Of a stretch of DNA of 62,000 nucleotides, positions 12,212 to 25,676 are shown piece after piece. The position numbers and the translations under genes were made by a program. Source of the stretch: Vicugna vicugna (lineage: Eukaryota); NCBI GenBank assembly GCA_013265495.1, contig MU058423.1, positions 1,749,061 through 1,811,060 of the forward strand, read 5' to 3'. Every line of letters begins with the position of its first letter. Within the stretch, counting starts at the first letter, position 1. Under the pieces are notes generated by a model. That model did no database searches and was not told the origin of the DNA. It saw nothing but the letters and a program-made list of their open reading frames with translations.

Positions 12212-14049
12212 TTAAATGATGCCTCGCAAATGCCCCATCTTTCATGAAGGCTTTCCTTTTCTTAGGCAGTTCTGTACTTTATTCCTGAAGTTCAGCTGGA
12301 CCGTTCTGCCTTAGGTTGGAGTCAGTGCTGACAGTTCCGCTGCTCTCTCCAGCTCCAGAGAAGGTGCTACTTACCTAACTCGTATTTGCGGAGTAGCTCC
12401 TACGTGCCAGGCTCTGGGGGTCCCCCACGGGTCTGGCTCATGCCTGGTTTAGGGCTGGGCTGGTGAGGCACACAGACCGCAGTTCAGCTCCTGCTTCCGG
12501 CACCTGGTTACTGGCTTGGCTACAGGGCCACTGGCAAGTTACTCAACCTCACTGAGCTCGAGTCCCTGTATTTGTAGAATGAGGATGGAAACAGTACCCA
12601 CGTCTGTCAGATACTTGAACCACAGAAGCCAGAGAGAAGAGTTGCCACTAGACCCTCATTCCCAGGTTCTACTGTGGTCTTCTTAGGAACCACGCCCTCT
12701 TCTTTACCCTCTAACTCTGGGGTCCCACCTCACTTACAGGAAGAACTTTCCTTAGTTCCTGGAAGTCCACGGACTATGGACCTTGGACAAGGTGCAGCTG
12801 GGAGAGAAGAGGTGTGTATGCAATACACTGTTAAGTGACTTCCAGCCCCTCTATTGCTGCCCCAAAGACCCCACTGACAGCAACCATGACCTTGGCCAAG
12901 AGCAGAATAACACAGAGGGAGGGCCAGCTGGCGTCTCTTCTCAGCTCCTCATCATCCCAGAAAGGGAGGCCTGGAGGAGGGGCTGCAGACCCCTCCGCCC
13001 CTTCAGGCCCACACCCAGGGAGGCTTGGGGGATCTGCGGATCAGGGAAGCTCTGGCTTAACTCAGCAGATTCTAAGGGCCAGGGATCAGAGAAAAGAGGA
13101 AGGCCTTTGGGGCGTGCAGGACTCTTACAGAACAGCTCTGCCTGGACCCAGAGACCCATGGGGAGCCCAGCACCATGCCCCCCAGGCAGGAAGAAACTCA
13201 GTTTTCTCTCTGAGCAACTGGATACTTTTCCCCTTCGCCTGCCTAGTTTTGGCTTCCTTGGGCACCTCTCGGCACCTCACCGACATGGCCACTGGGTGGC
13301 ACTGTTGGATGAGCCTGGAATTTCAGGTGACACGCAGGCTTGCCAAGACTCTGGGCCAGGAGTGTGGAGGGTAGGGGAACACACTGTCCATCCATCTAAC
13401 CATTCCTCACGCCCTTAGGCCCTTGTCCATTCCTAGATGGTCTTCCCTTCACTTTTCCTGGTGCATCTTGGCTCTGCAACACCAGGAAAATTGCCAAGGT
13501 AGCTCAGTCACCTCCATCCTCTATCCTCTCTTTCCCCTTCTTTAAAGATAAGTCCGAAAGGCTGAGTCATCCAGAACCCCAGACCTGAGTGCCCTGGACC
13601 AGCCCTGCTGCCTCTCCAGGCCAAGCGCATTCCATTCAACAAACACAGATTTGCCATAGGATCCTTTCCTACCCAGCCTATCACTCATCTCATTCTGCTT
13701 CCCTAACATTCTGAGGAAGGCCGTTTCTAAGTGGTATGTGGCTGCCAGGCCTCTGCCCTGTTCTTAAAGGTCTCCTTTGGGTTCCTTAGTCTGTCAAATG
13801 TCCCACAGAGTCCGTCATCTTTCCCTATGTCTCATTGAACCCTCTCCCTGCAGTTTAGGACCATTTTCTCTATGCAGGTTCTCAGAATTGAAGACTCCCT
13901 GAGTTCCCCTTGTTGTGAACCTTCTTAGACTCAGAAACATTATTAAGATGCATTGAGCATCAGGTTTGTGCTGTCTTGAATTATTCCAGGATGTGTTTCA
14001 AAACGATCTGCCATCTCCAAAAATGCCTCCCTCCCTTTTTGAACCGGCA

Positions 14050-14430
14050 GTGAGATGTGATGGGGGAACCGCTGACTTGGGGATCAATGAGGCCTGGGGC
14101 CCAAATTCCAGCTCTGCCACCTACTAGAGCCATGCAACCTTGAGCAGGTCACACGACCTCTGTGAGCCTCAGTGTGCTCTCAGTAGAACAGTGATGACAA
14201 GCACACGTATGGTGCTAGTGGTGCATGAGTGAGATGTGTCCATTGTCTATGAGGGGCTCCCATTCCTTAGCCAGGGAAAAAGTGAAGGACTAGTCATAGA
14301 AGTCATATATACCATGTAATCCAGCTCTCCCATTTTACAGATAAGGAAGCTGAGGCCCAAAGAGGGAAAGTGACCTGCCCAAGTTCACACATCCCAAGGG
14401 CACAGGTGGTGGCAGGGCTGGGGCTGGAAC
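14050..14430. mobile_element. Two MIR fragments in opposite orientation (+ about 14050-14240, - about 14320-14430)
   Basis: ccagctctgccacctactagag...accttgagcaggtcacacgacctctgtgagcctcagt and cccattttacagataaggaagctgaggccca...gtgacctgcccaagttcacac. Confidence 0.7.
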
Positions 14431-15144
14431 TGCCACGCCCATGGTCTTCCCATGATATCAAGTCACTCCTCGTTTATCTGCTCTAGTCCCCTTCTCTATA
14501 GATCAAAGGCGGTAAAGAGGAAAGAAGATGGATGTGGGGTTGTGGTAATAACCAGGCCATGGGCTGTGGACACTAAGGCTGCATTCATGGGGCAGACGCA
14601 GTGACAGTGGCCCCACCTCTGGGTGGGCTGGGCCACACCTGGGTCAAAGTGCTCTTCTCTGGGGACCTCGTGTGAGGCACGCTTAGTTAGAGTAATTTTC
14701 TAAGACTGACAGGGTGATGCAAAGCCTCAAGCCATTGCATTTTAGGAAAAGCTGAGGGCCTAGGGATGATGACCTTGAAGAAGAAAAGCCATGACACTTC
14801 TGGCCACTCTCTTCGACTTTGTAAAGTGCTGAAGTGTGCAGGGGAAGAGTCGGTGCAGACTTGTACCTGATGGTCACAAGTGGAGTGAAGAACCCTGAGT
14901 GAAGGCTTCATGAAGGAAGAAGAGTCCAGGTCAACAAAAGACAATCAGGAAGCTCTGTCTAAAATTGAAATGACCCACGGTGGGAGGCAGTCAGCTCCGG
15001 GCCCTGAGGGCACACGTGCAGAAGCTGGAGGAGTACGAGTCAAGGGGTCCTTTGGAATCTTTGCAAAGCTCAAAGCGCAGAGTGACAGGTGGACAAGGTC
15101 AAGTCTAGCCCATGGGAAGCCTAGATACTCACGCTATGAAAACA

Positions 15145-15260
15145 GCACAGCAGGATAGTTAAGAGCATGACTTCTGGAGCCTGAATTCAAACCCTGGCTC
15201 TTGCCTGGACTAGCTGTGTGAGCTTGAGCAAGTTGCCTAACCTCTCTGTGAAACAGAGGA
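15145..15260 (+). mobile_element. MIR fragment
   Basis: gttaagagcatgacttctggagcctgaattcaaaccctggctc...ctagctgtgtgagcttgagcaagttgcctaacctctctgtg. Confidence 0.7.
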
Positions 15261-16129
15261 AGGCACATCTCTCTGGACCATCCTCCTCCCCTCTCTGCCA
15301 CCCCTTGATGCAGGGGCTGCTTAGGGCGTGCTCTTCCCCTTGGTGGTGGCTGGTACAAGGCCGGCCCTCCTCCTTGACCCCTCTAGGCCTTAGGCAAGAG
15401 TCAGGAACAGTCCCTGCCTGGTTCTATGGTGACTCAGGGTTCTTCAGAAGCAAGAGCCTACCAGAGATGCCAAGTTCAGGAGCTGAAAGGGAGGGGGAGA
15501 TGGCTAAGCTGTGGGGTGCCCAGAGTCCATGCATCTGCCGGTGTTCACTGGTTCACAAGCATTGCTGGGGCAGCTGCTCTGTGCTGGCGTGGACCAGACA
15601 CAGGGATGCAGGCAGAAGGCACGTGCCTCTGTCCTCAGGATGCTCCCCACCCAGTGGAAGATAACATGGGGATAAAGACAGACCCCAGAACTTGATGTGA
15701 TGGGCCCGTGAGCCGGGCAGCATGTGGGCATTGCATTGGAAGGCAGAGACCAGGGAGAGGGTACAGAAAGGCTCTATGAAGGCTGTGACATGAGTTGGAT
15801 GTTAGAAAAGGAGTCATTGGGGTGATACAGGGGCCGGGTGCTCTGGATGAGGAGGCTGGAACCATCTGGAAGCTCATACCTCTTGAGCCCTTCCTGCGGG
15901 TGAGGCACTGAGATAAACACCCTGCGCACATTATCTCATCTGATCCTCGGAGCGAGCATTAGGCATTATTATTCCCATTTTAAAGATTGGAACTCAGAGA
16001 GGAAAAATACCCGATCTGAGGTCGGGTAGAGCCAGGACTCCACCCCAGGCCTGTCTGGCTCAGGTCTTTACCTAATCTGTGTGTTTTAAGCCAATTCGAG
16101 CCTTCAAGATAGTTTAGTCTGATGCCAGT

Positions 16130-16620
16130 GTAGACCTCTGGGATAGGAACAAAGGGAGGGCAGGGGGACATCAGATCACGAAGGGCTTTGCTTGCCTTTT
16201 AGGACATGCAGTTTGTGTCACAGCAACAGGGAGCCAAAGAGAAGTTAAGAGGTAAGTGGCATCACTGGATCTGCACTTCAGGAAGATCACTATGGCAACC
16301 ATGGGGAGAAGAGACTGGGGGAGCTACTCTGAAGGCCGGGGACCAGGAAAGGCTGCAGTGGCTGGACCATGCCTTAGGTGGCTTAAACCAGGGTAGCAAG
16401 AGAGGGAGAGGGAACCAGAGAGAAGTGAACAGATGTCAATGCCAAGTGATTGACTGGCTGTTGGGGAAGGCAGGGTGGGGGAAGCAGAGCTGGTTTCTGG
16501 TTTTGGGAAACAAAGTAAAAGGTGGTGTTTCTCCCAGTAAGGGGGCTGCGAGGGAGAAGCAGGCCTGCAAAGTGGGGCGGCTAATGAGACTACAGCTCTG
16601 GAGAGAGGCCTGGGCTGAAG
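16130..16620 (-). mobile_element. L2 fragment
   Basis: cagatcacgaagggctttg...caggaagatcactatggcaacc...aggctgcagtggc are antisense L2 phrases. Confidence 0.55.
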
Positions 16621-18279
16621 ACAGAGCACCCAGGGAGCCAGCCATGGGCGGGGCCAGGGAGCGGAGTCGGGCAACCTTTGCTCCGGACCTTGACCTGACT
16701 CAGGCCAGCTGGCTCCGCGGGATTGGACTGGTTTCCTCTGTGAGCCACCAGGGCTCCTTACAGACAGGAGCCATCTGCAGAGCCAGCTGGAGGACGTGAA
16801 TTGTTCCTCTTACAGACAGGAGGCTAGCGCCTTCAGAGTGGCCTCCCCCAACATCCAGGCCACCCTGGGCAGCCTGAGAAAAAGTCCTGAGTCAGAAGAG
16901 CTGAGATGCTGTGATGCTGCCAGCATGCTTAGAAACCGTCCTCCATAGGCAGCTGGAGTTACAGGTGGTCCAGGGGGTGTGGCCTGGATCTCAGATGGTG
17001 TCTGCTATCACAGCTCATCATAAGCCTCTCCCATTCCCATTCTTAACAGAGAAGAAGACCACGGTGGCCATGCTGAGAGGGTGGTCTGCTGACAGCTAAC
17101 GCCTTGTATATGCCCCAGGACAGGCACTGTTCCAAGTGCTCTAGACTCCAGTCACTCTGTAGAAATGTGAGGTGAGGGCTAAAACGTTCCGTGTCTCGGA
17201 TTAGGACCAGACCTGCCGGCACCAGCAGTTGTGCCTCAACCACTATGGTGTTCTGCCTGTGGGGGTTAATAGCAGGGACGTGACTGTGGGACAACCAGCA
17301 TGGTGCCTACATGGAGAGCGGCTACAAAAGGTGAGGGAGGGTCTCCCCTCTTCAACCATTTCTTAACATACTCTTCTATTTGGCCATGATCTGCAGTACA
17401 GTGGGAAGAGTGCTTAGAAACTCATCCAGGACAGGAGCCAAGGCCCAGGAGTTCCTTGGAAGCAGCAGGAGTTAATCTCAGAAGGCTTCCTGCAGGAGGC
17501 AGACCTGGACCCCCCTTAGGAGACTTCCTGTAGGAGGCAGCCCTTAGAGAAGTAGGGGGTTGGAATGATGCTCATTTCACTTCCAGGGGAAGTCGTCAGA
17601 TGGCAGGCATGCCATCTACTGGTGGGGCACAGTCACAAGGGCAGTGATGACAATCACAAGAATGATGGGATTCCATATGGACCAGGCTTTTGGCTTTTCC
17701 AAGTGTGTCCACACATATTGTCTTTAATCCTAACAAATGAGATTTTAATACACACTAACTTTCCTTCTTCTTTCTTCTCTTTCTTTAAAACCTATGAAAC
17801 AAAGGGGGCAGTGGGATCAGTAAATGCCATGTTTCCTATTTTACAAGTAAACTGCACCACAGAAAGGTCAAGCGAGTGACCCTGGGTCACACAGCTCTGC
17901 ATTCTAAGACCAGAGATCAGGTCAGATCTCTGCACCATACACCCCTTTGCCAGGGTGAGGGATGCTGAGCCCTGGGCCTTGCAGATGTGGCAGGCATGAG
18001 TAGAGATGCTCCAGGAAGGGAGCAGAGCCTTCAGGTCCTGAATCTTGCACCACTGCCCCAGCTCCCCTGGTGCGAAGAGTTAATCACCATCAGCACCAGC
18101 CCCCTTCTAAGGCAGACCTGTCGTGTTGGGCAACTTCCATAGGACGTGTGAATATGCCCTGAGGTTCAGTAAGTTCTGCTGGACTGAATCCACATTCCTA
18201 AGACCAGGAAGTGAGCCCAGGGGCCTGGCATCCCGCTGATAGCGGAAGCAGGCAGCAAAATGCAATGGTGATTTGTGGA

Positions 18280-18465
18280 GCCAGACGGTCAAGTTCCATC
18301 CCAGCCTCACCACTTACCAGCTAAATTACCCTGGACAGCGACTTGCCTTCTCTGAGATTCAGTATCTTCGTCTGTAAAGTAGAGATAATGGCATCTTTCC
18401 CACTGGGTGGTTGCAAGGATTAAATCAAATGATCTATGGAAAGCTGTCAGCCCAGTGCCTAGGCT
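18280..18465 (+). mobile_element. MIR fragment
   Basis: cccagcctcaccacttaccagct...ttctctgagattcagtatcttcgtctgtaaagtagagataat...gttgcaaggattaaatcaaatga. Confidence 0.7.
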
Positions 18466-19069
18466 CACATTCCATACTTTCCTGCCCAGCTTCCACTGGG
18501 CTAGCGGGGGCTGTGACGCCACAGTGGGTGGGTGGGTGGGTTTTGGTGAGTTAACCCTCACAACAGCCTATAAAGCATCCTTATTTTGCAGCAAGCATCA
18601 GAAGGGGCAGTCATGCAAGGAAGGAGAACTGGCCCTCTGGGAGTGACCCCTGAGAAGGGAGCATCTGCAGGCATCTGTTTTCATAAATTGTGGTAGGAAG
18701 GACTGAGAGAACCTCCCGTCTGTCGCTGCAGTGCTGGGTGGGCGTGGGGGTCGATATGCGAATGGACGCACCATCATAAACTCCTCTTTTCAATTCTGAA
18801 ATCTCCAAGTGCAGGAACCGACACCATTCCTCTGCTGGGCAGGGACAGGTCACTTGCTGCGATGATCACCATCCTTCCCTCTGCTGAAAGCAGAGCCTGA
18901 CCCCTAAATAGGAAACCAGACTGAGGGGGAAGGGAGTGGTCTTTGGGAGTTTGACCCACTCCAGGGAAGGCATCAGGGAGCACTCCAGCTGCTCTTCCGT
19001 GGCCAAAATGGGAAATGGTGACCACAAGCTAAAACTGATTAAACACCTAGGTCAAGCCAAATGGCTGTC

Positions 19070-20280
19070 CACGCTATAACTCGTTTAATCCTTATCACCC
19101 TGTGAAGTAGTTTTGCTGTCCTTCTGACAAATTAGGGAACAGCAGCTTAGAGAGTTCAGTAACTTGCTCAAGTTCACAAGACTAGCATGCTGCAGAGGTA
19201 GGATTTGGGCTCAGTTCTTTTTGTCACACAGCACTGCCAAGCCAAGTAATACCTTTCAGAGAGGGAGACACACCCCCACAGCCCTGAACAACTATTGTTA
19301 TGTTTCTTTTTTTCCATTTCTTTCCTTCCTTAGTTAATTTCCTTTCAGTTAATGTCCACACATAGATCGGGCTTTAGAGGGGAGACGCAGCATCACAGAC
19401 CCCTGAGGCCAATCGGATGGAAGGACAGTCAGAGGAAGATCCCAAAGAGGAAAACGAAACTCAAGGGCTGCTCACTCTACCTGAGCACTGTGGTGTGGGG
19501 GATGTGGGTGTGAGTCTTAGAGTCACAAAGATCTGATTCAAGTCCCAGAGCCATTACTCAGTTGCCTGGGGCAGGTTGCTTCATTTCTCTGTCTCAGTTC
19601 CTTTCCCCTGAAATGGTTCTGATGCAGAAACCACCTGCTAGGGCTGTGACGATTACACATCCCACTGGTCTAGGGATGCTTGGCACCGTGTCTGACACAA
19701 GCTAAGCACATGCCACCAATTAACACGATTGTTAATTCTCCCTTGAGAGCTTTTTTCTGTCCACAGCTTTCATTTCAACAAAGACGGGCAAGGAAAATAT
19801 ACAGACATGATCAAACGGGTGAGAATGTTGTGCTTTAATTGCCATGAAGACCCAATGTGGCAAGAAGAGGGAACAGCGGCCTGCGGAGCTGGTCAGGGGA
19901 AGCTTCCACAGGCGTGTGGAGCAGGGTTCAGGAGGACAGTTAGCTGAAGGAGGTGGGAATGGCTGAGACTTCAGGGAAAGTGAGGGGTGGGGCAAACTGG
20001 GAAGCAGAGAGAACGCCACAGCAAAACTTGGTGATGGGGTACTTAGAAAACCAGCCAAAAGCTAAGTAGGAATATGGAAGTTAGGAAGGGAGTTTCGTAG
20101 GGAAGCAGAGTGGAGAAACCATCATTTGTGGAGTGTCCACTGGGAGCTAAACGCTATACGTAAACAGTGTAACCCTCACAACAGCCTTTGAAGTATCCTC
20201 ATTTTGCAGATGAGGAAACTGAGGTCCAGAGACATGAATTAACCTGCAGGGATTTAAGTCCCAGCCTGGCTGGCTCCAAA
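19070..20280. mobile_element. Cluster of three MIR fragments (- 19070-19215, + 19480-19720, - 20120-20280)
   Basis: MIR core phrases such as cctcattttgcagatgaggaaactgaggtccagaga and ggcaggttgcttcatttctctgtctcagttcc. Confidence 0.65.
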
Positions 20281-20919
20281 ACACCAGACCAAAACAGTCT
20301 GGCTTCCAGGGGCCCTAAACCAAATCAGTCATCTGTCAGCCCCAGAGCTCACTGAGGTCACTGCCCTTCCAGACCACCCCCACCCCCCGCAGCTCTGGGT
20401 GGCCCCCAGTCTTAAACCACACTCTGTAGACTACCCTGACCAAACACTGGAATCCCGCAGACTTGGACCCTGTGAAGTGTCAGAGCTTCCAGGATGAGCT
20501 AGAGGCCTAGAGAGGAGGGTTCTCTGGGCAAGGAGCGCCCAGCAGGTGCCTCCGTAGGACTAGAGCCCCCCTGCACGCAGGGCTCTGTGTCTGCTGCAGT
20601 CTGGGCTCAAGGAACCACTGTTTGGAACTGTAATTCAGACAAGGACCTGGAAACCAGAACTGGGAGGGGCTTGGAGCTGTCACGGGCTCCCAAGAGTACC
20701 CTGGACCCTCTCCTCGGATCCACCATCTGAGCAGGGGGCAGGCTGGGCTTCCCACACACATTGTTCTAGAAGCAAAGTGCATCTTCCACCACCCACCTCC
20801 GGGTGCGGTGAGCTGCACTCCCAATTTCAGAACCCCGTGACCCAGCTGGCCTTGTAAGGTCTGTGAGGGGTCCGTTTTGTCTTCACAGACCTTACAAAGC
20901 TGGCCCTTCCCTAGGGCAG

Positions 20920-22650
20920 CCGCGCGTCCCCCAGCCTTCCCGGCCCGGGCTCTAGGGGAGGGAGTCAAGAGGGCCGGCCCTGCAGTCCTGCCGGTTCCTG
21001 CGGCTCCTCCCGGTGGGGGGAACACAGCAGCGAGTTTCTGCCACACTGCGGCCCGCACCTGCTGCATTCCCCCGCGAAGCCAAATCTTTGTCTGGGTAAG
21101 AGGGAGGTGGGAGGCAGAGCCGGAGGAGGGGGCGAGCCGGCGCGAGAGGGCAAGGAGGGGATCTGCAGATTCTGTCCGGCAGCAGCATAATAATAGCAAC
21201 ACATCTCCCCCGGGGCTGGACCCCTCCTTGGGCCTGGGATAGCTGCTATTGATTGTTTCCTCCTTGCCTACTTCACTATGTTGGCAGGAGCCTCTCCTGA
21301 CCGCTCCTCAACTTCTGTCCCCGGCCCCCGGCCCCCGGCAGCACTCAGCCCTCCACGAGGTTCTGGTTAGTAAGCTGAGCTCTGCCAAAGGATAGGGCGT
21401 TTTCCTCGCGGGGAGGGGGCCGAGGCCCGGGGGCCCAACTGATCGGACAGCTCGGTGGCGACGACGGGCGGCGCGCCTCGCGGGCTCGGGCCCCCGCCGG
21501 CCCCTTTAATTCGAGTTCGCTGCCGGGCCAGGTGCGGCGCTGCGTGGCGCGGTGCGGCGCGGTGCGGCTGCGGGCGGCGGCCGGGCTCTCCGTACGCGCC
21601 GCCCGCGGGACTGCAGAGCCGGCTCCCGGCTGGCCGCGTGCACCCCGCCGCCCGCCACCGCGGCTCCGCCGGCGCTTGCGGTCACCCAGAAACATGGAGG
21701 CTCCGGGAGCCCATCGGGAAGGGTAAATGGGTGTCGGGGCGCTGGGCTGCGCGTGCTGCTGCCCCCTGCCCCGGGCTGCGGCGTCCGGAGGGGCTGCGGG
21801 GCACCGGGAGGCGCAGGCTGCCGAGCGGCGGGCTCCGGCTGAATCCGGGACGGGCGAGCCTGTGCCGGTTACGGCTGCCGGCCGGCGCCGGGGCGGGCTA
21901 GGGTGACGGGCGCCCAGCGGAAGAAGAGAACACGAAGGGGCTTGGGGACCCTCTGGGCTGTGCGGGCGCGGGGCGGAGGGCACAGAGAGCAGCTGGCGGG
22001 GATGGGAAGTGCAGCTGGTAGCATACCCATGTCTGGTAAATAGCGCCGGTTGGTAGGACCCGAATCACTTGGGACGGCCGGGCTGCATTCCCCTCTCCGG
22101 CTCGGCGTTAAAACGGCTTTGCGGCAGAGAAGGGCTTTTCCGCTTCCCTGGGGCCGAGGGCTGCCGCGGAGCCCCCGATCTTAGGAGGAGGCTGAGATCT
22201 GGGATTGCAGCCTACTTCCCACCCCCAGAGTTCAGGTTCCAGTGTTTTCGGAAGGAGATCGAGCCTCGGCGGTCCCTCGGCTGGACCCCAGGGGCGAAAG
22301 AGCTGGGCTGCGCTCAGGCCCGCAGCGAGAGCCCACCCGGGCAGGAGGGGGTTAAGGCGGCGCTCGCTGCCGCGGCCAGCTGGTGGTTCTGGTCCGCCCG
22401 CGCGGAGCCGGGAGCGTAGCGCGCCGGGCGGAATCCCTGCCGGAGCCCGGGGCGATGCTGAGAGGGCCCGGACCCCTCCCCGCCCTGGGGCGGGCAGGAT
22501 TGGGCCGGCAGGGGGCCAGCCCGGAAGCCGGCTTCCTCCAGGCTCCCCCCCTCTCTGCTGCCAAGCCGCCTTGCAGCCAGGCAGACAGCATTGGTTCTGC
22601 ACTCCCTGCCTAGGGGAAGCGAGCGATTTTCTCTTGAGAAATCGGTGGTC
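20920..22650. promoter_or_regulatory. KCNA2: CpG island / KCNA2 promoter region
   Basis: Abrupt rise in GC and CpG density, densest at 21400-22560. It holds GC boxes (ggggcggg, ggggcgga), GGTGCGGCGC repeats at about 21530-21570 and a TTTAAT at 21505-21510, and lies 1.5-3 kb upstream of the KCNA2 ATG. Confidence 0.9.
21515..21722 (+). other. KCNA2: Candidate distal non-coding first exon of KCNA2 (start approximate)
   Basis: Lies in the CpG core just downstream of TTTAAT and ends at the candidate donor aagg|gtaaat (GT at 21723). Prediction from splice motif only. Confidence 0.4.
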
Positions 22651-22720
22651 GAGTGCCTGCCCAGTTCAAATGCCACCCCACCCGGAGGGAAGCCTGCAGC
22701 CTAGGGAACCCCGAGGGAGA
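22580..22720 (+). other. KCNA2: Candidate proximal non-coding first exon of KCNA2 (start approximate)
   Basis: Ends at consensus donor gaga|GTAAGT (22721-22726) at the 3' edge of the CpG island, giving a 502-nt intron to the 23223 acceptor. Confidence 0.65.
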
Positions 22721-23222
22721 GTAAGTCCTGGGACCAAGCCAGCCAGCTTTTGGAGATCGACCCTTCTGTGCGAGGAGTCTCCTTAGATAAGCTCTGAAGG
22801 AGTGTGTGTTTGGGGGACGGGGAAGGCGGACTTCCTCCCGGACTCTGCAGAGGTCAGAGCTTGAAGTCAGGCTGCAGTGTAGGAAGCCCTCCCCTTGGGA
22901 GATGCTGTGTCCTGCCCTGGGGGTGGGAGAGCTTTGCCCAGATCCCTCCTGATGGCTACAGAGGACCAGTGGGGGATCTGCCTCAGGGCAGGGAGGCCCC
23001 TGGAGGAGACAGGCCCAGCCAAGTCTGAAGGCTTGTCCCCCAGGAGAAAATGCTTCCAACTGTTGGAAGCCTGCCCAGAGGAGGCTGGGAGGCTGAAGGA
23101 TAGTTCTTAGGTGTGACATCAGAATGGAAGGTGGGCATGGAAGAGAAGCTGCCAGAGTCCTCCTAAATCTTGGCACCAGCTGCCCAAAAGCCCTGGTTCC
23201 ACCTTTCTGCTGTTTTTTCCAG

Positions 23223-23558
23223 GCAACGTCACACCTGAGGACAGCCAGGAGAACTCCAGCTTTTGCTGAGCATTGCATCTTGCCTCCTTCCTTACAAAGG
23301 CTCCGGACCCAAGCTCAGCTGTCCTCAAGTCCTGCGTGCCCCTGGCCAGGTGCCCCACTGCCCCTCCAGCTCAGCCCGGCCCTGGAGCTCACCTCCAGGA
23401 CCTGGAGCCTGCCCTCCTGCCCAGAATGACTCACCGTTATTTCTAGCTCAAGTGAGAAGCCGTGATGGGGAGTCAGGCTGCCTGTCTGTGTATCTAGGAT
23501 TCCCGCAGCATCAGATCAGCTCTGCAAGGGAGAGCGCTTCAGATTCCTGCCTTGCCAG
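23223..23558 (+). other. KCNA2: Internal 5'UTR exon of KCNA2 (336 nt)
   Basis: Strong acceptor ctttctgctgttttttccAG|g (AG 23221-23222) and donor ccag|GTaaat (23559). Fits the known layout of KCNA2 with non-coding 5' exons. Confidence 0.7.
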
Positions 23559-24012
23559 GTAAATCAATCTGTTATTTAATAACAGCCATGCGTAGAGTCA
23601 CTGGGATGGGGGAAATGAGGGACAGCTGGGCCCAAGATCCGACACTGAATACTTCCCAGGGTATGGGTATGTGCAAGACCTCAGGTCAGTGCCTGGGAGA
23701 GTGCTCCCTTCCAGCCTATAGTGTGAGGTTATGCTCCACAAAGTCTATGCAGCATGGAGGGGCTTGGACCAGCCATCTACCCCCAGTGCAAGGCATCTCA
23801 GAGCTTTCTTGCTTGAGAGACTGCCACCTGCTCCCCTCTGATCCCCAGGGACAGGTTATGAGGTGAAAGTATATCTTGCTTTTTTTGTGATGGTAGTGGT
23901 GGTGGTCATGTTTTTGAACTCTTAGCTGAGAGGTGGAAGAGAAAAAGTGGCAAGCCAGGTCGGGCTGCCAATGCTGAGGGGTCTTATGTCCTTAATTGCC
24001 TCTGTCTTTCAG

Positions 24013-25676
<1,664 letters not shown>

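Noticed and set aside
13590..13720. Possible CR1/L3 fragment
   Set aside because: Resemblance too faint to support without a profile search.
9941..16799. ORFs of about 200 aa at 9941-10549, 10598-11182, 12783-13418 and 16206-16799
   Set aside because: No recognisable protein family or exon structure. The 16206 ORF lies over an L2 remnant. Lengths are compatible with chance at this GC content.
20507..23278. Many overlapping 100-230 aa ORFs on both strands
   Set aside because: Expected in a GC-rich CpG island with few stop codons. They are low-complexity Arg/Pro/Gly/Ala with no recognisable domain.
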